Assembly (NCBI RefSeq): GCF_006345805.1
Contig: NC_043014.1
Coordinates: 11,532,001-11,596,000 of the forward strand
From: Octopus sinensis
Lineage: Eukaryota
Length of the DNA: 64,000 bases
Direction: 5' to 3'
The notes beneath the pieces are model-generated. The model was not told the origin of the DNA and searched no databases. It saw only the letters and a list, made by a program, of their open reading frames with translations. Below, piece by piece: positions 10,632 to 23,991 of the stretch. How positions within the stretch are numbered: position 1 is the first letter of the stretch; each line of letters opens with the position of its first letter. Both the position numbers and the translations under genes were made by a program.

Positions 10632-11259
10632 CGATTATGATCAGTTGATTATATAATAATAAATATGATAACGATTTAGCTAAATTGTATTTTTTTGCTG
10701 TAAATTATTCAAATTTGATAAAATAAAATCTTAATTAAAATACGTACTCTTCCAGTTTGAACTTCATACAAAGTTAGAATATCTAAATTATCGATAATCT
10801 CATAAATTCCAAATAGAACTATATTCTTATTGTTCTATTTCGTAATTGCGCAAGCGTCTTCTACGATAGCCTAGCGCCGTCTGGTGGCTTGTTAGTGAAT
10901 TTTTGTAGATGGAAACTGTGTAAAACCCATCGTTTGTGATTGTGTGTGTATCTGTATTTGTGTTGTGTTTGTACCCCATTACCACTTTACAACCGGTACT
11001 GGTTTGATTGCGTTCCCGTAACCTAGCTGTTCGGCAAAATATACCGATAGATTAAGTATTAGACTTTTCTTCCAGGGCTGCTGTCCAATGACTGAAACAT
11101 ATTACAGGTAACAAGTAAAAAACAAAAATGTTTTAAGGTGTTAATTATTAACCGTGGTAACACATTCTCTCTTCTCCCTACCTTCTATACATTTATTGCT
11201 GTCCTTTTCAGCATGTCAAATCAAAAATGATGCGAGTGGTTATTGCCTTTAACTTCTTT

Positions 11260-11337
<78 letters not shown>

Positions 11338-11340
11338 GAC

Positions 11341-11645
11341 GCAGGAGTGGCTGTGTGGTAAGTAGCTTGCTTACCAACCACGTGGTTCCAGGTTCAGTCC
11401 CACTGCGTGGCACCTTGGACAAGTGTCTTCTACTATAGCCTCGGACCGACCAACTGAAAGAAGCCCGTCGTATATATGTATGTGTTTGTGTGTCTGTCGC
11501 CCCCCAACATCGCTTGACAACCGATGCTGGTGTGTTTACGTCCCCGTAACATAGCAGTTCGGCAACTAGGCTTACAAAGAATAAGTCCTAGGGTCGACTT
11601 GCTCGACTAAATGCGGTGCTGCAGCATGGCCACAGTCAAAAGAGT
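11341..11645 (+). mobile_element. SINE family B with internal deletions
   Basis: Head GCAGGAGTGGCTGTGTGGTAAG through tail CAGCATGGCCACAGTCAAA. Confidence 0.8.
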
Positions 11646-12130
11646 ATATCCCTCTCTCTCTACTCTTGGGACCACAAGAATAACTTGCCAGATTTACTAA
11701 ACACTTATTATCTTACATTTTCTTTTTAAATAGTTTCCCATTCTTGAAAATTTCAGCAAAACCAATGATGCTGCAACTAAATTCAGAACACTCTTGAACA
11801 AACTATGGCTCTCAGGATTCTCTGAATGGCATATCGGACGAAATATTATCTTGAATTTTATTTAGTAATGTGGCCTGTTTGATGAGGAGCTATGTTTCAT
11901 GCGGCCCGGTTCTGGAAAGAATTTCCCCATATCTGCTTTAAAAAACCCCTGTAGACCGCACCGTTGTTGTACATGGAAGAGGAGTTTACTGCGATCCGCA
12001 TTCTATTAACTGTGGGGCACCCTAAATATTGAGCATTTCTTCCACACTTCGTTTCTGTGCATTAACAACCAATTTCATATCAATTCCAAGTTAAACGTCA
12101 TCAGCACAGCAACTGTTCTAACTTATCTGT

Positions 12131-12902
12131 TTCTTTATTATCCACAAGGGGTTAAACATAGAGGGGACAAACAAACGAATTAAGTCGATTATATCGGCCC
12201 CAGTGCGTAACTGGTACTTATTTAATCGACCCCGAAAGGATGAAAGGCAAAGTCGACCTCGGCGGAATTTCAACTCAGAACGTAACGGCAGGCGAAATAC
12301 CTTTTTTTTTTACTACCCACAAGGGGTTAAACACAGAGAGGACAAACAAGGACAGACATAGGTATTAAGTCGATTACATCGACCCCAGTGCGTAACTGGT
12401 ACTTATTTAATTGACCCCGAAAGGATGAAAGGCAAAGTTGACCTCGGCGGAATTTGAACTCAGAACGTAACGGCAGACGAAATACCTATTTCTTTATTAT
12501 CCACAAGGGGCTAAACACAGAGGGGACAAACAAGGACAGACAAACGGACTAAGTCGATTACATCGACCCCAGTGCGTAACTGGTACTTGATTTATCGACC
12601 CCGAAAGGATGAAAGGCAAAGTCGACCTCGGGGGAATTTCAACTCACAACGTAACGGCAGACGAAATACCTATTTCTTTATTACCCACAAGGGGCTAAAC
12701 ACAGAGGGGACAAACAAGGACAGACATAGGTATTAAGTCGATTACATCGACTCCAGTGCGTAACTGGTACTTAATTTATCGACCCCGAAAGGATGAAAGG
12801 CAAAGTTGACCTCGGCGGAATTTGAACTCAGAACGTAACGGCAGACGAAATACCGCTAAGCATTTCGCCCGGCGTGCTAACGTTTCTGTCAGCTCGCCGC
12901 CT
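12131..12902 (-). mobile_element. SINE family A with 4 tandem body units and one head
   Basis: Units of ~170-184 bp starting near 12131, 12305, 12487 and 12671; single head ending CAGCTCGCCGCCTT. Confidence 0.9.
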
Positions 12903-13492
12903 TAACTGTTCTAACTTTATTTCTTTATTTCGACTTTATTTCTTTATTGCCATAAATATTATTTATGGCAATATATCGTAAACGATTAGCGCATAGTTAT
13001 GTACAGTGAATTTTTCATGATATTAAATTTTCATTATACGTTATTTAAAAAATACGTGAGAGTTATTTAGGAATTCATGAGTAAATAAATAAGGAAATGC
13101 TAACAAAATTATATTGAAGGTCGTATGAGACAGATTTTCATGCTTTTCCATGAATGTTTAGAGACAGCATAAATGATTACGTGAGTTAGTAATGTCAGAC
13201 GGAGATATTTCTAAAGCACAAATTAATGCTTGTGGATATAATTTCTTCTCCATTGAAATTTTAGTAAGTCTTCTTAAATACCATTCATATTACAGCATCG
13301 CAAGAATTTCTTTAAGTGAAATTAATTGAGAATTAATTAATAATTAATTCTATCACACACACATACATACATACTCTCATATACATCACAAACACACACG
13401 TACATGTATTTATGTATTATGTTCTAACTTATCTTCAGCAGACGTGACACTTAAGCATATACAAAACAGAGTAAAACACTTATATGGGCTTT

Positions 13493-13725
13493 AAGGCGGC
13501 GAGCTGGCAGAAACGTTAGCACGCCGGGCGAAATGCGTAGCCGTATTTCGTCTGCTGTTACGTTCAGAGTTCAAATTCCGCCGAGGTCAACTTTGCCTTT
13601 CATCCTTTCGGGGTCGATCAATTAAGTACCAGTTACGCACTGGGTCGATATAATCGACTTAATCCGTTTGTCTGTCCTTGTTTGTCCCCTCTCTGTGTTT
13701 AGCCCCTTGTGGGTAGTAAAGAAAT
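13493..13725 (+). mobile_element. SINE family A monomer (tRNA-derived)
   Basis: AAGGCGGCGAGCTGGCAGAAACGTTAG (A-box), GAGTTCAAATTCC (B-box), CTTTCATCCTTTCGGGGTCGAT, tail GTAGTAAAGAAAT. Confidence 0.9.
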
Positions 13726-14254
13726 ATATATGGGCTGAGTAATTTGCATAGAAGAAACGAAAATGAGGCAAAACAAATATTTTACAGCAGCCAGTGGTAT
13801 TTATTTGAACAAGAAAGCTGAATAAGGGTATATTAAATAACATACAAAATAAATTATGGATTTTAAAAAATTATTTCTGCTTTCAAAGAGGAGGGTAAAT
13901 CAATTATTTGGTGGCAGTTAGTATCAGCTCTATATGACAAGGGGAGATAATGTGTGTGTATGCAATATTGAGAATTTGCGCGCGCGTGTATGTATGTAGG
14001 TCAATTCGAATATGTTTGGGATATGTTTCACCCATAAGAAAGCCGCCATCCAATGTTATTGCAGAGTTGTTTCTCTTGTGTGGCATCATCTGTGATGGTA
14101 GCTCTAAACAGCTGTTATCGTTCCACCAGAAGGCTCTGTGAGATGTCCGTATTTTGACACCTATTATCAAAGCGAAAATGTTCTCCATAGCAAACTACAG
14201 TGAAAACGGCTTTTTTTTTTACTGCTCAGATACTTCCCAATCGTATTTGAACTG

Positions 14255-14256
<2 letters not shown>

Positions 14257-14332
<76 letters not shown>
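14257..14332. repeat. (CTAT)n microsatellite
   Basis: Direct inspection. Confidence 0.97.
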
Positions 14333-14363
14333 ATCTCCTTCTCCCTCTGTGTGTATATTATTT

Positions 14364-14406
<43 letters not shown>

Positions 14407-14610
14407 TATTAATGAAAAGGGGAACGGAGATTTTTCAAAATTCGAACTTTATTAAACTTCATTTACAGTATCCTTTACTGGGCCTACGCACGTTTCAACT
14501 CCATCGACTGCACACTGTAGGCTATGCATCCTGGTGTCATGGGTGATGCAGTTTCACTAGGGTCCTTGCTCTCTGCCGTTTCGAATTGTGGTTAGCTGTC
14601 ATCGAAAACC

Positions 14611-14612
<2 letters not shown>

Positions 14613-14676
<64 letters not shown>

Positions 14677-14875
14677 ATGTGTGTGCGTGTGTGTGTGTGT
14701 ATATGTGTGTGTATATATATATATATACATATATACATATATACACACACACATATATATATATATCACACACGCACACATACACATACATATACATATA
14801 TATATATATAGATATATATATATATATATACATATATACATATATACATATATACATATATACATATATACATAT

Positions 14876-14958
<83 letters not shown>
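14613..14958. repeat. (TA)n/(TG)n/(CA)n compound microsatellite
   Basis: Direct inspection. Confidence 0.97.
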
Positions 14959-14959
<1 letters not shown>

Positions 14960-15800
14960 TTTATTTCAAAGCAGCAGAAATTCAACAAAACCTGTTACTC
15001 TGAGTTTCACGTTCCCGTTCGTCGGACAGTTTTTGTTAAAATAGAACCGATATGCCAATTCTATCAAGACTAGTATAAACGCTACACCTTTCAAAATGGA
15101 CTTGTTTGATTGGTCCTTTCAAATAACGGTCAATTTCGAGCGATAAACAAAATTGAGCTCAAAAAAATATATATGTAAAATTATAAAAGTCGAGGAAAAA
15201 AACTTACATCGAATCTTTGGTTAAAATACATATTGTTATTAATAAAGAATATATAATTAATACATGGAAATTGAAATTAAAATATTAAAATGCATTAAAA
15301 TATTTCACAACAGTAAATACTCATACTAACTATACATATATAGATACACAACATACACAGATAGATGTACGCAGACCACATACATATACAGACATATAAA
15401 TACAAAACTAAAATATACACATAAATGCATGTACGCATATGTATACGCAATCTAGCTCGAATGCAAAATCACTGTATCCATATAGACTATAAGCTAAATT
15501 CATGGATGGGGAAGGGGCGTTCTTATTTGCAACAAAGCTAAAGACATAAGTAAGGGAGGGGGAGGGGACGTAATTTTACAGGGCTCAATACAAGTAACGA
15601 ATAGGGAGAGAAAAAATCGAAAGAAAGGAAGAGAGAGAAAACAAAAAGAGAAAAGGAAAAAAGAAGAAAAGGAAAGAATAAAAAATTATGACATTCTGGC
15701 TATAAGTTTTTGTATCCAAATTATGTAAGCACATATACTGACACATATACATATAGAGAGACAAGTACGCAAACACACAAGCCCAAGTGGATACATGCAT
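14959..15800 (-). repeat. Left arm of ~840-bp inverted duplication
   Basis: Reverse complement of 17087-17921 along its whole length, with scattered differences. Confidence 0.92.
14992..15029 (-). ncRNA. Type I hammerhead motif (U4C core variant)
   Basis: Minus strand reads CTGT CCGACGA ACG GGAA CGT GAAA CT CAG AG TA ACAG; identical to 17851-17888. Confidence 0.55.
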
Positions 15801-16118
15801 ACACATACATTCGTGTATGTATGTGCTTAAGTACAAACATACGCTCACTTACACATATACAAAGACGTATGCTTACAAATACATATTCTTGCCAATACAC
15901 ATATTCACATAAAAATGCCTGGGATCTGACAACATTATTTTTTTTTTAAATGGTGAGTGCATAATACTAAAAATTAGACGAAAGACATGCAAAATATAAA
16001 CACCCTGTGTTAGATTATCTAAAAATTAAATACCAAAGTAAGCCTATACAATATAATAAAATGAAATAAACTAAGTCGAAGGTTTTTCCTAAGGAAATTT
16101 CTTTTCATTCTTTTATTC

Positions 16119-16482
16119 TTTTACTTGTTTCAGTCATTTGACTGCGGCCATGCTGGAGCACCGCCTTTTAGTCGAGCAACTCGACCCCGGGACTTATTCT
16201 TTTGTAAGCCCAGTACTTATTCTATCGGTCTCTTTTGCCGAACCGCTAAGTAACGGGGACATAAGCACACCAGCATCGGTTGTCAAGCAATGCTAGGGGA
16301 CAAACACAGACACACAAATACACACTCGCATACATATATATACATATATACGACGGGCTTCTTTCAGTTTCTGTCAACCAAATCCACTCACAAGGCTTTG
16401 GTCGGCCCGAGGTTATAGTAGAAGACACTTGCCCAAGGTGCCACGCAACCATGTGGTTGGTAGACAAGCTACTTACCACAAA
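16119..16482 (-). mobile_element. SINE family B (internal deletion)
   Basis: Reverse complement of family B from the tail to near the head. Confidence 0.85.
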
Positions 16483-16605
16483 CAAAATATATGCACAAGA
16501 CTTTGCTATACGGAATGAAATCTGCATAGCGCGAAACAAATCCATCGGTGTGATTAAAGACTAGTCCAAGAATCAAAAATTCAAAAAGACAAAATATACG
16601 CTATA

Positions 16606-17000
16606 GGCGCAGGAGTGGCTGTGTGGTAAGTAGCTTGCTAACCAACCACATGGTTCCGGGTTCGGTCCCACTGCGTGGCATCTTGGGCAAGTGTCTTCTG
16701 CTATAGCCCCGGGCCGACCAATGCCTTGTGAGTGGATTTGGTAGACGGAAACTGAAAGAAGCCTGTCGTATATATGTATATATATATGTATGTGTGTGTA
16801 TGTGTTTGTCTCCCTAGCATTGCTTGACAACCGATGCTTGTGTGTTTATGTCCCCGTCACTTAGCGGTTCGGCAAAATAGACCGATAGAATAAGTACTGG
16901 GCCTACAAAGAATAAGTCCCGGGGTCGATTTACTCGACTAAAGGCGGTACTCCAGCATGGCCGCAGACAAATGACTGAAACAAGTAAAAGAGTAAAAGAG
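16606..17000 (+). mobile_element. SINE family B, full length
   Basis: GGCGCAGGAGTGGCTGTGTGG... to GAAACAAGTAAAAGAGTAAAAGAG. Confidence 0.9.
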
Positions 17001-17086
17001 AGAGCTATCCATATGGATATTTACGTTCGACATTTTGAATTTGGTTGCCTGCCTGCATGAATTCAAAAGTTCGAACTTTTGAACTC

Positions 17087-17921
17087 ATGCATGTATCCAC
17101 TTGGGCTTGTGTGTTTGCGTTCTTGTCTCTATAGACGTGTCAGTATATGTGCTTACATAATTTGGATACAAAAACTCATAGCCAGAATGTTATAATTTTT
17201 CATTCTTTCCTTTTCTTCTTTTTTCCTTTTCTCTTTTTGTTTTTCTCTCTCTTCCTTTCTTTCGATTTTTTCTCTCCCTATTCGTTACTTGTATAGAGCC
17301 CTTTAAAATTACGTCCCCCCTCCCTTACTTATGTCTTTAGCTTTCTGTTGTAAATAAGAACGCCCCTTCCCCATCCATGAATTTAGCTTATGGTCTATAT
17401 GGATACAGTGATTTTGCATGCGAGCTAGATTGCGTATACATATGCGTACATGCATTTGTGTGTATATTTTAGTTTTGTATTTATATGTCTGTATATGTAT
17501 GTGGTCTGCGTACATCTATCTGTGTATGTTGTGTATCTATATATGTATAGTTTAGTATGAGTATTTACTGTTGTGAAATATTTTAATGCATTTTAATATT
17601 TTAATTTCAATTTCCATGTATTAATTATATATTCTTTATTAATGACAATATGTATTTTAACCAAAGATTCGATGTAAGTTTTTTTCCTCGACTTTTATAA
17701 TTTTACATATATATTTTTTTGAGCTCAATTTTGTTTATCGCTCGAAATGACCGTTATTTGAAAGGACCAATCAAACAAGTCCATTTTGAAAGGTGTAGCG
17801 TTTATACTAGTCTTGATAGAATTGGCATATCGGTTCTATTTTAACAAAAACTGTCCGACGAACGGGAACGTGAAACTCAGAGTAACAGGTTTTGTTGAAT
17901 TTCTGCTGCTTTGAAATAAAG
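17087..17921 (+). repeat. Right arm of ~840-bp inverted duplication
   Basis: Reverse complement of 14959-15800. Confidence 0.92.
17851..17888 (+). ncRNA. Type I hammerhead motif (U4C core variant)
   Basis: Stem I CTGT/ACAG. Core CCGACGA 17855-61. Stem II ACG/CGT with GGAA loop. GAAA 17872-75. Stem III ACT/AGT. GUA triplet 17882-84. Confidence 0.55.
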
Positions 17922-17948
17922 CATATTACTCTACCACTGGTATTTGAG

Positions 17949-20108
17949 GGATCTTTTCCTTTTGAAAGCCAGATTTTCCTAGTTAACTAAACAATTTGAA
18001 ACTTCGTATACTGGTAGAATGTGTCAAAAGAAAACATAATTGTAAACCAAAATGAAAACGGAATTGTAATTTCTAAGTTTAACCTTGTTTAAAAATTCGA
18101 ATTTTAACCAATGATATTCTTTCTTTCGGCCTCATATTATTTACTGCTTCTCAAAATATTGTTACTGTGACGTAAACAGCTATTTTGTGACGTAGTTAAC
18201 ATAGCTAAAATGTAAACATCACCGTCCCATATAACAAAGTCCTAAACAGACAGAATAATAATAAAAATACGGCGGGCTTTCGAAATAGCTGTCGAGAATA
18301 AAATGAAATTTCGATGGTAAATTTTTGGAGGAGTTTCGGTAATTTTCGTCACTCTAAAATACATGTAATTCGCATTAAATCTTATTTTTCTGAAAAATCC
18401 ACGTTTTAAAACATTTTAACTGCCCACCACTTCATCGTGCCTTTGGAGTAGGTGTCACACTTGGGATGGTCAAACCTAGAATACCTTTCATCATAGGTAA
18501 TTGCTTGGAGTTCACCTTGAGAGCTAAAACTATATATTTAGTTTCGATATAAAAAATAAAATTGCACAAAATTTTGGCACAAGACCAACAATTTGGGAGG
18601 AGGGGTTAATCGATTACATTGACTGGTACTTAATTGATCATGAAAGGTAAAGTCGACGACGACGGTAACGTGAGGAGTCGGAAGAAATGCCACAAGGTAT
18701 TTTGTCCGACGCACGAACGATTCTGCCATCTTGCCCCACCCCCTTCCTTAATAATATTTCTTTCTCCAGTAAGTACAAGGCCTGAAGCTGATGGGAAGAA
18801 CTAGTCGATTGTATTCAACTGGTACTTATTCTATAAGCGCCGCCCGAAAGAAGGAAAGCTCAGCAATATTCGAACACGGAACGTAAAGATTCGTAAGAAA
18901 TGACGCTAGGCATTTTATCCGATGCACTACCGATTCTGCCAGCTTTACATTATATTTTTCGTCGAAGTTTAACTATGTCACCTTGATGATATATTTTTAC
19001 GCGTGGACAAATAATAGAGAGATAATGTGGATCAGATGATATTACATGCTGACAAGGGCTTGGTAAAGGACTGTTAGAATGTTTAGGGATACGGTCCTAT
19101 ACGTTCGGGTTTCAACCCTCACCGGAATTCAAAACAAGCCGTCTGTTCTTCCACGGTCGAGAAAATACATCGATCAAGTATTGGAGATCGATATAAATGA
19201 TTATACCCTCCACTCACCCCAAAATATATGCTTTGTGTCTATAATCAATATTACAAATATATTGTTATTGCTATTTAACTCAGGTCATCCTGATAAACCC
19301 GGTTGAGGATCAAAGGGTTCCAACTATGACCAACCCGTATTTTTGCGCCTCCCCCTTTTTTTCAGATATAGCATCTATGATTATATTAGCCAATGTACCC
19401 TTCCTTTTACCCAGTAGTATATGGTTTTAAGGGGATTTGGGTGTTTTTCCTAGCACATCGACGAGCGAAAACGCAGAGGGGCCCTGATTATATGCGAGTA
19501 TGCGTATGGATGGGTACGTGTGTGTATATGGGTGCATACAAGCCAAATAACCGGTTCAAGGCGTGTGTCAAACTGAAGAATCAAAGCGTGTGCACAAGTT
19601 TATAGTAAATATATACATTGTATAGAGAAAACACCCGAAGCCTATACAAAAACACTGAATATGTGTTTATTATTCATCCAAAGTAAACAGTAAGTGTGTA
19701 GGCACGTTTGTTGTGCACATATATATTTATTAAAGACGAAACGAATAATAATTTTATACAAAACGAATAACTTTCAAATTCTATAAAGCAATGCAAACAA
19801 TGGAAAATAATTTAAACACTAATTTCAAAAAGAATTTAGCTGTTTACGTTAACTACGTTACAAAACAGCTGTTTACGTCACAGTAACAATATGTTTAGAC
19901 GGAGCAAATAATTTCAACTGAATACAGAGAATACGATTGGTTAAAATTCGCAGATTTAAACTACGTTTAAACTTATAAAATACATTTTTGTCAAAAAAAC
20001 TAGTTGAAATTATTGTTTTCTTTTGACACATTCTACCAGTATACGAAATTTCAAATTATTTAGTTAACTAGAAAAATCTGAAAAATCTGGCATTCAAAAA
20101 GAAAAGAT

Positions 20109-20110
<2 letters not shown>
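17949..20110. mobile_element. Facing ends of the GGATC-ended family (possible ~2.2-kb element with ~260-bp degenerate TIRs)
   Basis: 17949-~18210 (GGATCTTTTC...CTGGTAGAATGTGTCAAAAG...GTTACTGTGACGTAAACAGC) is mirrored by ~19810-20110 (...GAAAAGATCC). No matching TSD, so these may be two separate insertions. Confidence 0.55.
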
Positions 20111-20157
<47 letters not shown>

Positions 20158-20619
20158 CCTATAAATGTGTATGTGCTCGCGCGCGCTTATATATGTGGTA
20201 TCGCTAAAATGTTGTCCACATCAAATACATTATCTTCTCATTTCTCTGCTTAGAATATGCCTTTTCCACTTACTCCACCTCAGCTACCCATCCGTTGTTC
20301 CTTACTTTTGAGCAATTTGGCTGAGGTTCTCTTTCAACCAAAGTATGAGTCGACGCTGACTTGTTTGACATCAGACATCAGACATCCTAATGTTTCTCTC
20401 GTTCTCTGCCGTCCCCCTCTCTCTCCCTCATCTTTCTATCTCTCGCGCTCCCTCTCTGTTTATGTATGTGAACAAATTTGTCTTTATGTGTCTGAGGAGA
20501 GGTTAAGTATTTATGTCAATCGTACTCAATTAACAAATTGTAGTCTCTCTCTTTCTGTCTGTCTCTCTGTCTCTCTCTCTGTTTGTCTGTTTGTTTGTCT
20601 GCCTCTCTCTCTCTCACTC

Positions 20620-20637
20620 TGTTTATCTATCTGTCTG

Positions 20638-20706
<69 letters not shown>

Positions 20707-20897
20707 TTATTTATCTATTTTCAGTTCCTCCCTGTCTATAGCGCTCTTTCTCTCTCTTTTTTTCTGAATGTCTCTCCCCCTCTCTCTCTTTCTCTCTCAC
20801 TGTATTTATGTATGTGAGCATATTTATCTTTATGTCTATGAGGAGAGAGAAAGTGCTTACGCGAATCATGTTTAATTGATAAATTGTAGTGTATCTA

Positions 20898-20940
<43 letters not shown>
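20620..20940. repeat. (CTAT)n and (CT)n microsatellites
   Basis: Direct inspection. Confidence 0.9.
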
Positions 20941-20943
<3 letters not shown>

Positions 20944-21084
20944 TCTTTATCCATATGTGTGTTTCTGCACGTGCCTGCAGCGCGTTTGCTAAAAAGTAGT
21001 GTCGCCAAAACAGGCTGAATGTTCTGTCAGCCGAGCCAGATCAACAGCATCGAAAACAGCTGCGTCTAATCGCCTCGCTCTGCT

Positions 21085-21190
21085 CCATCATACTTCCTGC
21101 ACACAACATACAGCAAGTCTCCTCCGTTTCAGCATTTCACCTGCCCTACCTTTCCTTGTGCAAACACGGATGGTGGCTGCCCTGAATTTT
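21085..21190 (-). mobile_element. RTE-clade LINE endonuclease N-terminal remnant
   Basis: FRAATIRVCTRKGRAGEMLKRRRLAVCCVQEV*W resembles the APE N-terminal motif (..RRxxDVCCVQEVRW). Confidence 0.6.
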
Positions 21191-21844
21191 ATGGTCCAAG
21201 AAGAAGAGAAGAGGGTTTTCTGAAGATGGTCCCTCTGGTTGGCATTTGTTTGGGTTTTTTTTTTGTTGTACCTGAAAATGTGAAGAAATTTAGCAGTTGC
21301 CTTGCAAGGATCAGAAAACTTCCACACACGGTTAGATGCTTCTATCATCTCCATACTACAATAAATCATTATTATTAAGGCAGCAAGCTGGCAGAGTCGT
21401 TAGTACGTCAGGCAAAATGCTGAGCGACATTTCGTCCGTTTTTACGTTCTGAATTAAAATCTCACCGAGGTAGATTTTGCCTTTCATTCTTTCGGGATCG
21501 ATAAAATAAGTACCAGTTGAGCACTGAGGTCGATGTAATCGATTAGCCTCCTCCACCAAAGCTGTTGTACCATAGCCATCATCTTGTTGACGAACGTGTG
21601 TTGAAGCGATTGTCAAACCGACGTTAAAGTATTCATTACTCTTAACTCTTTTACTGGTTTCAATCATTTGACTATAGCAGAAGACACTTGCCCAAGATGC
21701 CACGCAGTGGGACTGAACCCGGAACCATGTGGTTGGTTAGCAAGCTACTTACGACACAGCCGAGGATCTCATAGAAGTGGTCCTTCAGTTCTATCTATCC
21801 AGCCTATGGGTCATATGCAGAGACAACCGTTAGAGCTGAATTGT

Positions 21845-22065
21845 CCATAAATAGTCTAATCTTAATTATCGCATATCTTGACTATCTCAATTACTTTTTC
21901 TATCCATTTCTGTTTTAACAGTATGCCTAACCCACCACTGCTGTTACTATTACTTATCCAGAAGAATTAGTATCCTTGTCCCTTATCCGTTAGGAATTTG
22001 TCTGAGGATCCTTTTTGTCTTACTTCTTGCACACAACACACATACACTCGTCTCCGTCCAGTTTT
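21845..22065 (-). mobile_element. RTE-clade LINE endonuclease remnant
   Basis: GRRRVYVCCVQEVRQKGSSDKFLTDKGQGY*FFWISNSNSSGGLGILLKQKWIEKVIEIVKICD. Confidence 0.75.
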
Positions 22066-22175
22066 CTATCAATCCTGCCTGTAGGATGCACGCGGAGATA
22101 GACACTGCTGAGTCTCATCTCAATAATGAGTCTCATCGTAATTATTCTATCGCACACTCTACTTACTCGATTACT

Positions 22176-22400
22176 TTATCCACATCTCAGCAAGAGTATG
22201 GCTACCCTTCTCATGTTATCCCTATTACTCATCCAAAAGAATTCGTATTTCTTGCCTGTAAGGCATTTGTTGAAGATCCTTTCCATCTTACTTCTTGCAC
22301 ACACCACAACATAGAAGACATCTACACGTCTCCACTCTTGCGTTTCCACAATCTCAACAAACTTACCAAAACATGTCATTGTTGATGGCTGCAACTCCAA
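22176..22400 (-). mobile_element. RTE-clade LINE endonuclease remnant (more decayed)
   Basis: FVEIVETQEWRRVDVF...CARSK...KCLTGKKYEFFWMSNRDNMRRVAILL, parallel to the 21845 copy. Confidence 0.6.
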
Positions 22401-23570
22401 CGTTTTGGAACTGACAAGAAAATTGGGGTTGTATTTTCGGTGATAAAGCTGTTTGATTCTTGGATACTATTTGATGACTTCTGTATCTGCAAGGAATAAG
22501 AAAACATGTGTCATGATTTGCTGGCAGTTGGTAAATTTACGCACAGGATTATATTTGTTCTTCCATTTAATTTGCCATCATTCATTCATTCTCCGAGACT
22601 TGCTATACCTATGTGCGATTTACATCCGTTATCAATAAATATTCTTAATGTGCAGTGGAATATTTGTAGCTGACACTAAGTTACAATGAATGCACCCCTC
22701 CATACATACACATACACGTCTTTAATATATATATAGTTTATTGTCTCAAGATTACCCATGTAGGCAAGATTATCTATCCCTTCTCTAATTTTGTCTTTCT
22801 TTCTTCGTCCAGCTCCCTATCTCTCGATATTGCTCTAATATTTTTCTTAAGGTAGAGATAGAGCAACAGAGAAAAATGCCGTTTTGCTAATGAAGCTAAT
22901 CGTCAGGTGTATATAGTAAGAGGAGAATAAGAAAAGGAAACGTTTGTAAACGGTTTCAAACGTGCGGATCGGAAGCATGAGGTGTTCTGCATTGCTAAAA
23001 TGCATTAGAAAATATCGAAATATTGTTGAGAAGCGTATTTATATCTATAACAGTACACTTGCTCCCAATAACGCAGATGCGGTTCTCTATTTGGGAAAAC
23101 AGGGATTTATATTTCGTTGCTTACGGGTGTCAAGAAGTGAGTTCCACTCAGGAAAATTAAGGTAATTTGCGGGGAACTTACGATGTAAAATAATACATTT
23201 ACTGGAGCAAAATTTTTTACTGAGTAATCGAAAGACAACCTTTCTCGGTCCTGACATACAAAATGTCCAGACATTTTCCTTATCTGTCCATGTTTTATAA
23301 AAGATAATATAGATGGAATCAAGATGGTAATAAATTGCAACAGTTATAGACCATTAGTCCAGAAATTCCCTTCCGTTTGTTTATTTAAGCAGGTCCACCA
23401 TCCATCACCGGTTTGCCAGGTCTGTCGCCATCTTACCATATGACTCAATTTTACTAGCTGAATGAACTAGAGGAACGTGAAATGAAGGCATTTTACGCAA
23501 GAACACAACGCATCGCCCAGTCTAGGTATCGACACCACAGTCTTACGATCATGAGTCAAACACTCTAAGC

Positions 23571-23991
23571 GGATCTTTTCTAAGCGGCAGTTTTTAACAT
23601 AATTTCTAGGTAATTAAACAATTTTAAACTTCGTATACTGGTAGAATGTGTTTATAAAACATCTTTTTCTCTTGGCTTTATTGAGAAAATTCTATAGTTT
23701 GTAAGATATTTTTTGTATTTTTTCTTCAATTTCTGCAATTTCAACCAATCACTGACGTCTATTGAGGTAAAAAAAAAATTCTGTGCCGTATGAATATGTC
23801 CCTCGTTTAAGAAAAAGATTGGGTTTAATTACATTTGTGAAGAAAAAAAGATACCCTTCCCCTCACCCCTAACCCTAACCCTAACCCTAAAACAGATTGA
23901 AATGCAATAGATCGATACTAGGGTCATAATTATGGGTGACAATTTCATATGACACCGCTAGAAAAAACTGCCGTTCAAACCGAAAAGATCC
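23571..23991 (+). mobile_element. Complete GGATC-ended MITE with 8-bp TSD and internal (CCCTAA)n; Merlin-like candidate
   Basis: Perfect TIR GGATCTTTTC/GAAAAGATCC. TSD CTCTAAGC at 23563-70 and 23992-99. CCCTAA repeats at ~23868-23889. Confidence 0.85.

Noticed and set aside
13904-14188. Minus-strand ORF with WNDNSC (C-type-lectin-like motif)
   Set aside because: No other lectin cysteines or convincing splice sites.
18280-18345. Merlin transposase remnant (VENKMKFRW*IFGGV)
   Set aside because: Similarity to W-x-FGG is too short and no other motif follows; needs an HMM search.
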